Of a stretch of DNA of 29,984 nt, positions 16,627-26,373 are shown piece after piece. Each line of letters begins with the position of its first letter. Position 1 is the stretch's first letter. The notes under the pieces were generated by a model. The model was given only the letters and a program-made list of their open reading frames with translations. It was not told where the DNA came from and did not search any database. A program made the translations under genes and the position numbers. Source of the DNA: Nanobdellati archaeon (lineage in GTDB: Archaea; B1Sed10-29; JAGVWA01); contig JAGVWA010000010.1 of the NCBI GenBank assembly GCA_018304505.1, forward strand, positions 1-29,984, given 5' to 3'.

Positions 16627-17227
16627 GATGGAATACAAAATCTTCGACAAGTACGAATCAAAGGCAGAAATAACCGACCCTGGCATAAAGAACTACATAA
16701 ACCTCGAGCCGAAGTACTCTTTCTACAGCCAGGGCAAACAAGCCAAAAAGATATTCGGAAAGCAAAAGGTGCACATTGTCGAGAGGCTTATAAACAACCT
16801 CATGCGCTCAGGCACAGGCGGCAAGCTGGCCGGCAAACTAATCAGGGGCAGGAACGGCACAGGCAAAAAACAGAAAATGGCCAAGGTTACTGAAAAAGCC
16901 TTCGAAACCATCGAAAGGCGCACCAAGAAAAATCCACTACAAATTCTCATCAAGGCTATAGAAAACGCAGCTCCGCGAGAAGAGACCACACGCGTCAAAT
17001 ACGGGGGCGTCGTAAACCTCATCGCAGTCGACATTTCCCCCCAAAGAAGGGTGGACTTTGCGCTAAGGAACATCGGAAAGGCCGTCGTAATGAGAAGCTT
17101 TGACACGAAAAAATCAGCAGACCAGGCGCTTGTAGAAGAGCTAATTCTAGCATCCAACAACGACACAGGAAGCCACGCCATAACAAAGAAAATCGAAATA
17201 GAACGAATCGCAGCAAGCTCACGCTAA
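16625..17227 (+). CDS. rps7: 30S ribosomal protein S7 (uS7)
   Basis: IVERLINNLM, NAAPREE, VDISPQRRVD and ERIAASSR. Confidence 0.97.
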   Translation: MMEYKIFDKYESKAEITDPGIKNYINLEPKYSFYSQGKQAKKIFGKQKVHIVERLINNLMRSGTGGKLAGKLIRGRNGTGKKQKMAKVTEKAFETIERRTKKNPLQILIKAIENAAPREETTRVKYGGVVNLIAVDISPQRRVDFALRNIGKAVVMRSFDTKKSADQALVEELILASNNDTGSHAITKKIEIERIAASSR

Positions 17228-17241
17228 TTATCAAAACCAAT

Positions 17242-17277
17242 AATGAAAGACTAAATGAAAGATTAAATGAAAGAATA
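17242..17277 (+). repeat. 3 x 12-nt tandem repeat
   Basis: AATGAAAGACTA AATGAAAGATTA AATGAAAGAATA. Confidence 0.85.
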
Positions 17278-17300
17278 AAAACCAACACAAGGGACTGATT

Positions 17301-19490
17301 ATGGGACGCAGGGAAGACATGGTAAAACGCGCACATGAGCTGATGTACTCCCCAGAGAACATCCGAAACATGGGCATCATTGCGCACATCGACCATGGCA
17401 AAACAACACTGTCAGACAACCTCATTAGCGGCGCTGGCCTCATGAGCAGCGAATTATCAGGATCTGCAAGGGAACTCGACAACTATGAACTCGAAGCACA
17501 ACGCGGAATAACAATATTCGCAGCAGCCATCTCCATGGTGTACAACCATGCCGACAAGGACATGCTCATCAACCTTATCGACACCCCGGGGCACGTCGAT
17601 TTTGGGGGCGAGGTAACCAGGGCCCTAAGGGCCATAGACGGCGCCATTGTTGTTACATGCGCCGTCGAAGGCTGCATGCCCCAAACAGAAACAGTTATAC
17701 GCGAGGCCCTAAAAGAGCGTGTCAGGCCAGTGCTGTTCATCAACAAGGTAGACAGGCTCATCAATGAGCTACAGCTCACGCCTGAGGCACTGCAGCAAAG
17801 GCTGCTGAAAATCATCGCCCAGGTTAACGGGTACATTGAAAAATACGCCGCGCCAGAATACAAACAGAAGTGGAAGGTCAGCGTGCAGAACGGCACAGTT
17901 GCCTTTGGAAGCGCGTTCCACAACTGGGCAATCTCAGCCCCATTCATGACCAAAACCGGAATCTCGTTCAAGGACATAATCGACTACTGCAACAACGAAA
18001 AGCAAAAAGAGCTGGCTGCAAAGATACCTGCCTACCAAGTAATACTTGACATGGCCGCCCAACACCTACCAAACCCAGTAACCGCACAGGCATACCGAAT
18101 TCCACACATTTGGCACGGCGACAAGGAATCAGACATCGGGAAATCAATGCTCAACTGCGACAAGGACGGAAAACCAGCACTAATAGTCACGAAAATAACC
18201 ACAGACCCGCAGGCTGGAGAAATCGCGCTGGCGCGCCTGTTCTCAGGCAAGATCAGCCGGGGCACCAAACTCGAGCTCCTAAATTCGAAAAGCACAGGCA
18301 CGGTACAACAGCTTGCGATCTACATGAGCGACCAACGAATTGCCATCGAAGACGCTGTTGCAGGAAACATCGTTGCCATCTCGGGCTTGAGGAACGCCAC
18401 GTCCGGAGAAACCGCATCAACAGAAACAATAGAGACATTCGAAAGCATAAAACACTACTCAGAGCCCGTCATTACGAAGAGCATTGAAGCCAAGTCACCA
18501 AAGGACTTGCCAAAATTGATCGAGGCCCTGAGGCAGATCGCAAAGCAGGACCCAACAGTTAGCGTGCAGATCAATGAAGAAACCGGAGAACATCTACTTA
18601 GCGGACAGGGTGAATTACATCTGGAGATTATCGAATACATGATACGGAACGACAAAAAAGTCGACATCGAGACCGGGCCTCCTATAATTGTTTACAGGGA
18701 AACGGTCAACGCAAAGAGCCAGGAAGTCGAAGGCAAGTCAGCCAACAAACACAACAAGTTCTACCTAACAGCAGAACCTCTGCCGGACGCGATTTACAAG
18801 GCCATCACCACAGGCGAGTTGCCTAACGGCAAGCCGAAGAACCCCAAGGACCTTGCAGAAAAACTCAGGGCGCTGGGCATGGAAAAAGACGAAGCAAAGA
18901 AGGTCTGGGACATCAAAAACAATTCCATGTTCCTGGACTCAACAAAGGGAATACAGCAACTGCATGAAGTTAAAGAGCTCGTGCTACAGGGATTTGAAGA
19001 AGCCATGTCCTCCGGGCCGCTGGCGCAGGAAAAGTGCGACAAGATCCTGATCAGGCTGCACGACGCAAAGCTCCACGAAGACGCGATACACCGTGGGCCT
19101 GCACAAACCATACCCGCAGTGAAGAACGGTATACTAGCCGCAATGCTTTACGCAAACGCGATACTGTTTGAGCCAAAACAAATGCTAATCATATCAGTTC
19201 CACAGGAATACATGGGCACGGTAACCACGTTCGTGCAAGGAAAACGCGGGCAGATCCAGGAGATAGACCAACAAGAGGATGCAATGACCATCATATCAAA
19301 GGTGCCGATAGCGGAAATGTTCGGGTCGTCTGCAGAAATCAGAAGCGCCACCCAAGGGAGGGCAATGTGGAATACAGAATACCTCGGCTATGAGCAACTA
19401 CCGCGGGACCTGCAGGAAACCATTATCCAACAAATAAGGTCAAGAAAGGGCCTTGGCACAAGGAAGGCACCGGAGGACTTTTTAGCTTAG
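17301..19490 (+). CDS. fusA: Elongation factor 2
   Basis: AHIDHGKTT, RGITI, DTPGHVDF, NKVD and the diphthamide loop HEDAIHRG. Confidence 0.99.
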   Translation: MGRREDMVKRAHELMYSPENIRNMGIIAHIDHGKTTLSDNLISGAGLMSSELSGSARELDNYELEAQRGITIFAAAISMVYNHADKDMLINLIDTPGHVDFGGEVTRALRAIDGAIVVTCAVEGCMPQTETVIREALKERVRPVLFINKVDRLINELQLTPEALQQRLLKIIAQVNGYIEKYAAPEYKQKWKVSVQNGTVAFGSAFHNWAISAPFMTKTGISFKDIIDYCNNEKQKELAAKIPAYQVILDMAAQHLPNPVTAQAYRIPHIWHGDKESDIGKSMLNCDKDGKPALIVTKITTDPQAGEIALARLFSGKISRGTKLELLNSKSTGTVQQLAIYMSDQRIAIEDAVAGNIVAISGLRNATSGETASTETIETFESIKHYSEPVITKSIEAKSPKDLPKLIEALRQIAKQDPTVSVQINEETGEHLLSGQGELHLEIIEYMIRNDKKVDIETGPPIIVYRETVNAKSQEVEGKSANKHNKFYLTAEPLPDAIYKAITTGELPNGKPKNPKDLAEKLRALGMEKDEAKKVWDIKNNSMFLDSTKGIQQLHEVKELVLQGFEEAMSSGPLAQEKCDKILIRLHDAKLHEDAIHRGPAQTIPAVKNGILAAMLYANAILFEPKQMLIISVPQEYMGTVTTFVQGKRGQIQEIDQQEDAMTIISKVPIAEMFGSSAEIRSATQGRAMWNTEYLGYEQLPRDLQETIIQQIRSRKGLGTRKAPEDFLA

Positions 19491-19595
19491 CTAATATAGT
19501 TAATTGCCAGAATATCGACTTTAACACAGTAACGTTAATAAACTAAAAAACAACACAATGAACACACGAATCAAATACACAAGGAGGCATGGAAT

Positions 19596-20864
19596 ATGGC
19601 AGAAAAACCGCACCTTAACCTGGTCTTCATTGGGCACGTCGACCACGGAAAATCAACATCCGTCGGAAGATTGCTTTATGAAACAGGTGCAATGAGCGAG
19701 GCAGAACTAAGAAAACTAAAGGAAACCGCTAACGCAGTTGGCAAGGCTACTTTCGAGTTCGCATTCGCAATGGATACCCTAAAAGAAGAGCGAGAACGAG
19801 GAGTCACAATAGACGTAGCGCACAAGGATTTCCGCACAGACAAGTACTACTTTACAATAATCGACGCGCCGGGACACAAGGACTTCGTCAAGAACATGAT
19901 CACGGGCACAAGCCAGAGTGACGCCGCTGTATTAGTGGTAGCAGCAACCGATAGCTGGAAAGAGCAAACAAAGGAGCACGCTTTCCTCGCCAGGACAATG
20001 GGCGTAAAACAGCTTATCGTATCAATAAACAAAATTGATGCTGTCGAATACAAACAAGAGCGATTCAACGAAGTCAAAAAGCAGATGGAGGACCTCTTAA
20101 AACCAATGGGCTGGAAGATCGACCAAATCCCCTTTATACCAGTATCAAGCCTCAAGGGGGACAACGTGGCAAAGAAATCAGAAAACCTACCATGGTATAC
20201 TGGCCCAACACTGCTTGAAGCACTAAACAACCTGATACTGCCAGAAAAACCGATAAACCAGCCCCTAAGGCTGCCGATCCAGGACGTTTACACCATTCCA
20301 GGAATCGGAACAGTGCCCGTAGGCAGGGTTGAAACAGGCACGGTAAAAGCAGGCGATAAGGTAATCATCATGCCTGGAAACGTTACCGGGGAAATCAAGA
20401 GCATCGAAATGCACCACCAACAGCTGCCGCAGGCCCAATCAGGAGACAACATCGGCTTCTCACTAAAAGGAGTGGACAAGAAATCAATAAAGAAAGGAGA
20501 TGTCATCGGGCACCCAGACAACCCACCAACAGTAGCCGAGGAATTCACCGCACAAATCGCAGTGCTGAACCACCCCACCGCAATCACTGTCGGATACCAG
20601 CCTGTACTGCACTGCCACACAGCGCAAGTAGCGTGCTCTGTTACGCAAATCATAGCAAAGCTTGACCCAAAAACAGGCGCAAAGGTTGAGAACGTCGAGT
20701 TCCTAAAGAACGGGGACGTGGCCTTCGTAAAGTTCAAGCCAACAAAGCTCATGGTTGTCGAAAAAGCCTCAGAGTTTTCACAACTCGGTAGATTCGCGAT
20801 CAGGGACATGGGCAGAACAGTAGCCGCAGGCCTTGTCACAGACGTCGTGCCAAAGAAACTCTAA
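19596..20864 (+). CDS. tuf: Elongation factor 1-alpha
   Basis: [26 protein letters not shown] and [16 protein letters not shown]. Confidence 0.99.
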   Translation: MAEKPHLNLVFIGHVDHGKSTSVGRLLYETGAMSEAELRKLKETANAVGKATFEFAFAMDTLKEERERGVTIDVAHKDFRTDKYYFTIIDAPGHKDFVKNMITGTSQSDAAVLVVAATDSWKEQTKEHAFLARTMGVKQLIVSINKIDAVEYKQERFNEVKKQMEDLLKPMGWKIDQIPFIPVSSLKGDNVAKKSENLPWYTGPTLLEALNNLILPEKPINQPLRLPIQDVYTIPGIGTVPVGRVETGTVKAGDKVIIMPGNVTGEIKSIEMHHQQLPQAQSGDNIGFSLKGVDKKSIKKGDVIGHPDNPPTVAEEFTAQIAVLNHPTAITVGYQPVLHCHTAQVACSVTQIIAKLDPKTGAKVENVEFLKNGDVAFVKFKPTKLMVVEKASEFSQLGRFAIRDMGRTVAAGLVTDVVPKKL

Positions 20865-20942
20865 AAACACAGCAGCACACAAAACCAGTATAATAAAAAC
20901 AAAACCATCTAAAATAAACAATTGGAAGAAGTGAAAGGTAAA

Positions 20943-21254
20943 ATGACCCAAACCGCAAGAATCAAGCTCGTAAGCCCAATGTACGAGCGCCTCGAGCAGG
21001 TCTCGAATGAAATCAGGGACATAGCACAAAAAACAGGTGCCAAGGTTAGCGGGCCGATTCCATTGCCCACCAAGAAATTGGAAATCCCTACCAGGAAAAG
21101 CCCCTGCGGAGATGGGTCAGAAACCTTCCACAAATTCCAAATGCGCATACACAAACGCCTAATCAACATAGCCGCAGACGACCGCACGCTCAGGCAGATA
21201 ATGCGCGTACAGGTCCCAGACTCAGTGCACATCGAAATCGAACTAAAAACCTAA
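20943..21254 (+). CDS. rps10: 30S ribosomal protein S10 (uS10)
   Basis: GPIPLPTK, RKSPCGDG and MRIHKRLI. ATG 20943 is preferred over TTG 20922. Confidence 0.97.
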   Translation: MTQTARIKLVSPMYERLEQVSNEIRDIAQKTGAKVSGPIPLPTKKLEIPTRKSPCGDGSETFHKFQMRIHKRLINIAADDRTLRQIMRVQVPDSVHIEIELKT

Positions 21255-21291
21255 CCCTACTATTTTGGCGCTAACGGGGTGAACAAAAACA

Positions 21292-21510
21292 ATGTGGGAA
21301 GTACAATTAACACTAGAGCAATTCGCAGATTTCCAAGTGACACAACGAGAAAGACACGTCACGCCACTGCCCCCCATAAAAACAACAGACGCAGACATTG
21401 TAAGATACGCAGACGGGAACAGGGTCCTAATAACAGACCAAGGCGGGGGCACGACATACACTCATTTTAAGCCCGGAGAACAGATTCCCATACCTCAAAT
21501 AGGCCAATGA
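21292..21510 (+). CDS. Small hypothetical protein, MW-start #1 (72 aa)
   Basis: GGGGTGA SD upstream; begins MWEVQ. Confidence 0.6.
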   Translation: MWEVQLTLEQFADFQVTQRERHVTPLPPIKTTDADIVRYADGNRVLITDQGGGTTYTHFKPGEQIPIPQIGQ

Positions 21511-21545
21511 ACTGAGCCACAATGGAAAAAATCACATTTTTACAA

Positions 21546-21558
21546 AAAGCTTAAATAT
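21546..21558 (+). promoter_or_regulatory. BRE/TATA promoter
   Basis: AAAGCTTAAATAT about 30 nt before ATG 21589. Confidence 0.7.
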
Positions 21559-21588
21559 ACCCTCTGGGACATATTATACTGAAGCTAT

Positions 21589-21855
21589 ATGTGGAGCACA
21601 AGCACAGATACTCAAGATGCGCAAAAACCAAGATTTGACTCATTTGAAGAAATTGACCAATGGTTTGACACCGAAAGGAAAGCAGTCGAGCTCGCGGCAA
21701 ATATGAAAATTCTAGACATAAATGTTCGTACCCAAAAAGCAATACATGGCCTAGAAGCAGAACGGATTGAGCTAAGGCGTGGCGTGCTAGAACATCGCGA
21801 CGGTCATGCCGACCAAAGCGTACACGACGCAGAATCTCCATCAATCTACAGCTAA
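21589..21855 (+). CDS. Small hypothetical protein, MW-start #2 (88 aa)
   Basis: Has its own promoter; begins MWSTST; the middle looks helical. Confidence 0.7.
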   Translation: MWSTSTDTQDAQKPRFDSFEEIDQWFDTERKAVELAANMKILDINVRTQKAIHGLEAERIELRRGVLEHRDGHADQSVHDAESPSIYS

Positions 21856-21883
21856 GCCCAAACAGCGTGCGGGGGCACAAACC

Positions 21884-21897
21884 AAAGCTTTAAATAT
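21884..21897 (+). promoter_or_regulatory. BRE/TATA promoter
   Basis: AAAGCTTTAAATAT, near-identical to 21546-21558, followed by a GGTGA SD and ATG 21931. Confidence 0.7.
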
Positions 21898-21930
21898 CAC
21901 AATATTGCATAATTACTTGGTGATTACATC

Positions 21931-22119
21931 ATGTGGGAAACTAATAGAGAACACGACGCAGTGCTGCCTGCAGAAGATTCAAGACCAACATACGGCGCAC
22001 CGAAAGTTCGACACGAAATTGTCGACCACCCAATAGACGACCTTGACCACTTGCCAAATCCATTGGACCGCGAGCCAGTAGACCCATTCAGGCCGCCAAC
22101 AAGACCCATGGATTACTAA
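21931..22119 (+). CDS. Small hypothetical protein, MW-start #3 (62 aa, Pro/Asp-rich)
   Basis: Promoter plus GGTGA SD; begins MWETNRE. Confidence 0.7.
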   Translation: MWETNREHDAVLPAEDSRPTYGAPKVRHEIVDHPIDDLDHLPNPLDREPVDPFRPPTRPMDY

Positions 22120-22208
22120 AACAGCTACTAAGCACGCCGAAAAAAACGGCACCTTGGCAAACCCAATAAACTTTTTATAGTTCAGTCTACACAAACATAC
22201 AGAGCAAC

Positions 22209-22721
22209 ATGCTAGTCTATTTGTCACCTTCCGAGATAAAAATTTTCAATGCACCATGGCCAAGGATAAGACACTGCCTTAGAATGTACTTTGGCAAACC
22301 ATTCAATAACTCAACCTTCGGGAAAGAATACTGGAAATACCCAAACCTTGACTATGATACAAAAGTCTCAAGATTCCGCGGCACAAAATTAGAAATCACA
22401 GAACCATCATCCACCCAAGAAATACGAATTGAGACCCCCAAAATCACCAGGAAATTCGGCTCGGTTGGCCCAGACATAATAATAACAGGCAAAATAGACT
22501 ACCCCCTATTTTTGAAATCGCTAAACACTGCAGGGTACGGAGTAAAACAAAAAGACTTGACGAAAAAAACCAAGGCGCTCTACTTCGAGGATATTCGCGT
22601 GGGTTTTGCAATAGATAAAAAAAACAAATTCAAAAAAATTCAACTAGACAGTAATATACCCTACGAACTAAAGATACCACATAACATAAAAGATAAAATA
22701 AAGCTATGTGAAGATCAATGA
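22209..22721 (+). CDS. Hypothetical protein (170 aa, basic)
   Basis: TTTTTATA about 30 nt upstream; ATGA overlap with the methyltransferase. Confidence 0.75.
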   Translation: MLVYLSPSEIKIFNAPWPRIRHCLRMYFGKPFNNSTFGKEYWKYPNLDYDTKVSRFRGTKLEITEPSSTQEIRIETPKITRKFGSVGPDIIITGKIDYPLFLKSLNTAGYGVKQKDLTKKTKALYFEDIRVGFAIDKKNKFKKIQLDSNIPYELKIPHNIKDKIKLCEDQ

Positions 22722-23380
22722 CCTGGAACGACAAGTACTTCGAAAAATGGAAGCAAGCCAGGAAACACAGGGCCTACAACGAATACCTCTGGACAATACA
22801 ATTGGCAGAAGAAGCTAATTCCAGGGGTTTGAAGAAAGCACTAGACATCGGCTGCGCAGTTGGCTACCAGAGCGTGTGGCTCGCAAAGCAAGGCTTCAAC
22901 GTCACAGGCCTCGACATCTCAGAGAAGGCGCTCAATGAGGCCAAGGAACTAGCAGAAAAGGAAAATGCCACAGTAACTTTTGTAAACGGCGACGCGGCAC
23001 AAATGCCAGTTCCTAACAACGAATTTGAAATGGTGCTGTGCAGCGGCGTAATTCAATACAACACCACCAACCGCATTAAACAAATCATCAGTGAAATACA
23101 CAGGGTCATGAAACCAAAGGGCATCATGATCATGCACTTCCCGATCCACAGCAAGGAATTCAACATCGACTTCCCGAACCCGGGAAAGGAAGTAGAGCCG
23201 CGCACGTACTTAAAAAATGATGGCTATGCAAAGGGGCTTCATTACCACCTTTTCACAAAAGACGAAGTCGACAATTTACTGAGTGATTTCAACATCATCC
23301 AGAAAATCACGTTCACGACAGACAAAAAACGCAAGCCTCCAGTGCACTACTGGGTGCGCATCATCGCGGAAAAAGGGTAA
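22718..23380 (+). CDS. Class I SAM-dependent methyltransferase
   Basis: Motif I LDIGCAVG, VTGLDIS, GDA and HRVMKPKG. Confidence 0.92.
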   Translation: MTWNDKYFEKWKQARKHRAYNEYLWTIQLAEEANSRGLKKALDIGCAVGYQSVWLAKQGFNVTGLDISEKALNEAKELAEKENATVTFVNGDAAQMPVPNNEFEMVLCSGVIQYNTTNRIKQIISEIHRVMKPKGIMIMHFPIHSKEFNIDFPNPGKEVEPRTYLKNDGYAKGLHYHLFTKDEVDNLLSDFNIIQKITFTTDKKRKPPVHYWVRIIAEKG

Positions 23381-23386
23381 AAGACT

Positions 23387-23806
23387 ATGAAGAAATACGA
23401 ACTGCTCGAAGGAATTACCGCAGATGTCGGCATCAAAGCCACGGCAGACACATTCCCAGAATTACTGGAGATGTGCGCGCAGGCGATGTTCGAAATCATG
23501 TACAAGACCGACAACGTCGACATGATTGAGGAGAAAACAGTGGAAATCGACGTACGCAACAACAACGAAGAAACACTACACGCGTTCCTCGGCGAGCTCC
23601 TGTTTATATTCCAGACCGAGTACATCATATTTAAGGACTTCAAAGTACAAATCCAAAATGGCAAGGTAACGTGCGTTGCGAAGGGCGAAAAAGCCAAGGA
23701 AGGAAAACACGAATACAACATCGAGATAAAAGCAGTAACATACCACGAATTAAAAGTAGAAAAAACAGACAGGGGATACACGGCCACGGTGATATTCGAT
23801 ATCTGA
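23387..23806 (+). CDS. Archease (RtcB cofactor)
   Basis: TADVG, EIKAVTYH and C-terminal VIFDI. Confidence 0.95.
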   Translation: MKKYELLEGITADVGIKATADTFPELLEMCAQAMFEIMYKTDNVDMIEEKTVEIDVRNNNEETLHAFLGELLFIFQTEYIIFKDFKVQIQNGKVTCVAKGEKAKEGKHEYNIEIKAVTYHELKVEKTDRGYTATVIFDI

Positions 23807-23843
23807 ATGCGTGGTGCAAGAGGCATAACAGAGGTAGTGTAAG

Positions 23844-24272
23844 ATGAGGGGACGGCCAGCAGTAACAGACATAATACTAGAATTCGAAGGCAAACTGGCC
23901 TTGATAAAACGAGGCACTGAGCCATACAAAGGTACCTACGCGCTGCCCGGCGGCTATGTAAACGATGGAGAGACCATTGAACAGGCAGCAATTCGTGAAA
24001 TGAAAGAAGAAACCGGGCTTGACATTAAAGTAAAATACATCCTTGGCGTTTACTCAAACCCAGAACGGGACCGCAGAAAAAACATCTCAACAGTCTTCAT
24101 CTGCGAAAAAACCGGGGGCGAACCAAAAGCAGGAAGCGACGCCAAGGAAATCCACACAATGCCCCTAAGCAAAATAGACTTCAGCCAGATAGCTTTTGAT
24201 CATGACCAAATAATCCAAGACTATATAAAGTGGAAAAAAGAAAAAGGAACCTACTGGAGCACTAAGCAATAG
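23844..24272 (+). CDS. Nudix hydrolase (ADP-ribose pyrophosphatase-like)
   Basis: Nudix box GGYVNDGETIEQAAIREMKEETGL, AGSDA and AFDH. Confidence 0.95.
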   Translation: MRGRPAVTDIILEFEGKLALIKRGTEPYKGTYALPGGYVNDGETIEQAAIREMKEETGLDIKVKYILGVYSNPERDRRKNISTVFICEKTGGEPKAGSDAKEIHTMPLSKIDFSQIAFDHDQIIQDYIKWKKEKGTYWSTKQ

Positions 24273-24284
24273 CGAGATGATTAA

Positions 24285-24725
24285 ATGGAAGCCCACTTTG
24301 TACAGAAAAACAACACAATACTGAAATGCGAGAAAACCGACAGCGGCTACCTCGTTCAAGCCAACTTGGAAGAAGCTGTGCAGTTCCTGAACTGCTTGTA
24401 CACCAAGCCCAACCTTAGCGAAGTGAAGGTCAACGGCAGAAAAAAGCGCTTGCTGTTCAAGGACAAGGACATTACGCGAAGCGAAGAAAGCGAAATCGAC
24501 GACGGCGAACTCAGGGTCAAGGTGAAATACAAACCCTACGAGCTGATCCTGCCGGAAGACGAGTTCATGCCAGACTACGTTTCCATCAAGGGCAACTTAA
24601 CAGAACAGGACATCAAACGAGGTTTGCAATTGACGTTCGGCGCATCATTTGATGAAGTATTACCCGAAACCTTCAGGATGGTACCCTCAACCACAATGCT
24701 AACAACCCGCGGGGATGAACAATGA
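24285..24725 (+). CDS. Hypothetical protein (146 aa)
   Basis: Clean ORF with an ATGA overlap with rtcB. Confidence 0.8.
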   Translation: MEAHFVQKNNTILKCEKTDSGYLVQANLEEAVQFLNCLYTKPNLSEVKVNGRKKRLLFKDKDITRSEESEIDDGELRVKVKYKPYELILPEDEFMPDYVSIKGNLTEQDIKRGLQLTFGASFDEVLPETFRMVPSTTMLTTRGDEQ

Positions 24726-26149
24726 AACAAATAAGCGAAGGCATATTCGAATTCCCCGCTGAGGGGGGCATGGAAGTGCCTGCACGAGTATACATGACAA
24801 AGAAGATGCTCGAAGAGGCGGATGAAACCGCGATACAACAGGCCAGAAACGTGGCCCATTTGCCGGGCATACTGAAACACTCAATCATTTTGCCCGATGG
24901 TCATTTTGGCTATGGGTTCCCAATCGGCGGCGTCGCAGCCTTTGACGCAAAAACGGGAATAGTAAGCCCCGGGGGAATTGGTTTCGACATTAATTGCGGT
25001 GTAAGAACTTTACGAACATCGCTAACGCATAGCGATATCAAAGACAAACTCGACGAATTAATCAGAACGCTATTCAAAAATGTTCCCTCTGGTGTTGGTT
25101 CTGAAGGCCGTATCAAACTCAACGACGATGAACTAAAGGAAGTTTCGCACCGAGGTGTCGACTGGGCTATCGAAAACGGCTATGGGGAAAAGAAGGACCC
25201 GGAGACGATCGAGGAAAATGGAAAAATTGCTGGTGCGGATTTCTCAAAGATATCAAGCAGGGCCAGGGCCAGGGGAAGACCGCAGCTTGGAACCCTTGGT
25301 TCTGGAAACCACTTCCTGGAAGTGCAGCGCGTAGAGTCAATTTACGATGAAGAAACTGCAAAGAAGTTCGGCATCACCGACTTAGACCAGGTAATGGTTA
25401 TGATACACTGCGGCTCGCGGGGCTTCGGCCACCAGATTTGCACCGATTACCTAGAGGTGTTCAACAACGCCTTCAGCAAGTGGAAAACCGACTTGCCGGA
25501 CAGGCAACTGATTTATGCCCCGCTGGAGTCACAGGAAGCTCAAGACTACTTGGGGGCGATGAACTGCGCAATCAACTTCGCCTTTACTAATCGACAGCTC
25601 ATTACGCACTGGGTCCGCGAGTCGTTCCAAACGGTATTTGGAAAAGACCAAGATGCGCTGGGCATGGACATTGTTTACGACGTTTGTCACAACATCGCAA
25701 AATTTGAAGACCACAAAATCGATGGCGAAACAAGGCGCGTGTGTGTACACAGAAAAGGCGCCACGCGGGCGTTCCCCGCAGGCCGGCCGGAGATTCCAGA
25801 AAAGTACCGCGACGTGGGTCAGCCCGTGTTGATTCCGGGAGACATGGGCCGCTTCAGCTACGTCTTAGTTGGAACGCAAAAAGCCCTGGATGAAACCTGG
25901 GGCAGCAGTGCTCATGGAGCTGGCCGGGCGCACTCGAGAAGCCACATGCTGAAAACGCTACGCGGCTCTGATGTAAAACAGATTCTTGAAGCCAAGGGCG
26001 AGGTCATCTACGCAAAATCCCCAAAAGTGCTAGCAGAAGAAGCACCCGAGGCGTACAAGAACGTTGACGACGTCATCGAAGCCACTGAGCTGGCAGGCAT
26101 TTCCAAGAAGGTCATACGACTAAAGCCGCTGGGCGTAGCAAAGGGTTAA
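24722..26149 (+). CDS. rtcB: RNA-splicing ligase RtcB
   Basis: DGHFGYGFPIGG, DINCG, GNHFLE, HCGSRG, HNIA, HRKGAT and HGAGR. No intein. Confidence 0.98.
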   Translation: MKQISEGIFEFPAEGGMEVPARVYMTKKMLEEADETAIQQARNVAHLPGILKHSIILPDGHFGYGFPIGGVAAFDAKTGIVSPGGIGFDINCGVRTLRTSLTHSDIKDKLDELIRTLFKNVPSGVGSEGRIKLNDDELKEVSHRGVDWAIENGYGEKKDPETIEENGKIAGADFSKISSRARARGRPQLGTLGSGNHFLEVQRVESIYDEETAKKFGITDLDQVMVMIHCGSRGFGHQICTDYLEVFNNAFSKWKTDLPDRQLIYAPLESQEAQDYLGAMNCAINFAFTNRQLITHWVRESFQTVFGKDQDALGMDIVYDVCHNIAKFEDHKIDGETRRVCVHRKGATRAFPAGRPEIPEKYRDVGQPVLIPGDMGRFSYVLVGTQKALDETWGSSAHGAGRAHSRSHMLKTLRGSDVKQILEAKGEVIYAKSPKVLAEEAPEAYKNVDDVIEATELAGISKKVIRLKPLGVAKG

Positions 26150-26184
26150 ATAATTTGCATGCTCCAATATATCCAGGTGTTACT

Positions 26185-26349
26185 ATCTGGAGTACTGACA
26201 ACCGTGAAGTAAGTTTACCGCGGAAAACCCTTCCAAAAAAACCACCAGCAGACCCAGGAGAGCCGTCCATAGAATCATTCGCAACAGAACTAGACGAATT
26301 CCTCGTTGACTTGAAGGAAGACCTGATGAGGCTAAGCAGGCAACGATAA
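26185..26349 (+). CDS. Small hypothetical protein, (I/M)W-start #4; start uncertain (ATC 26185 or TTG 26155)
   Basis: AGGTG SD lies 5 nt before ATC-TGG. IWSTDNRE resembles MWST/MWETNRE, and the C-half aligns with 26374..26589. Confidence 0.55.
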   Translation: MWSTDNREVSLPRKTLPKKPPADPGEPSIESFATELDEFLVDLKEDLMRLSRQR

Positions 26350-26373
26350 AACTAACGCAACACAGGGTTCGAC

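Noticed and set aside
16031-17277. Short repeats as a possible CRISPR array
   Set aside because: The units are adjacent tandem copies without unique spacers, and there are no cas genes in the window.
21279-21470. Alternative Arg-rich 63-aa ORF overlapping MW #1 (also 21806..22036)
   Set aside because: Its GTG start is itself the SD of the 21292 ORF and the composition is typical of an off-frame reading.
8199-26149. Inteins in RNA polymerase subunits, EF-2 or RtcB
   Set aside because: All have normal lengths and contiguous motifs, with no inserted C...HN segments.
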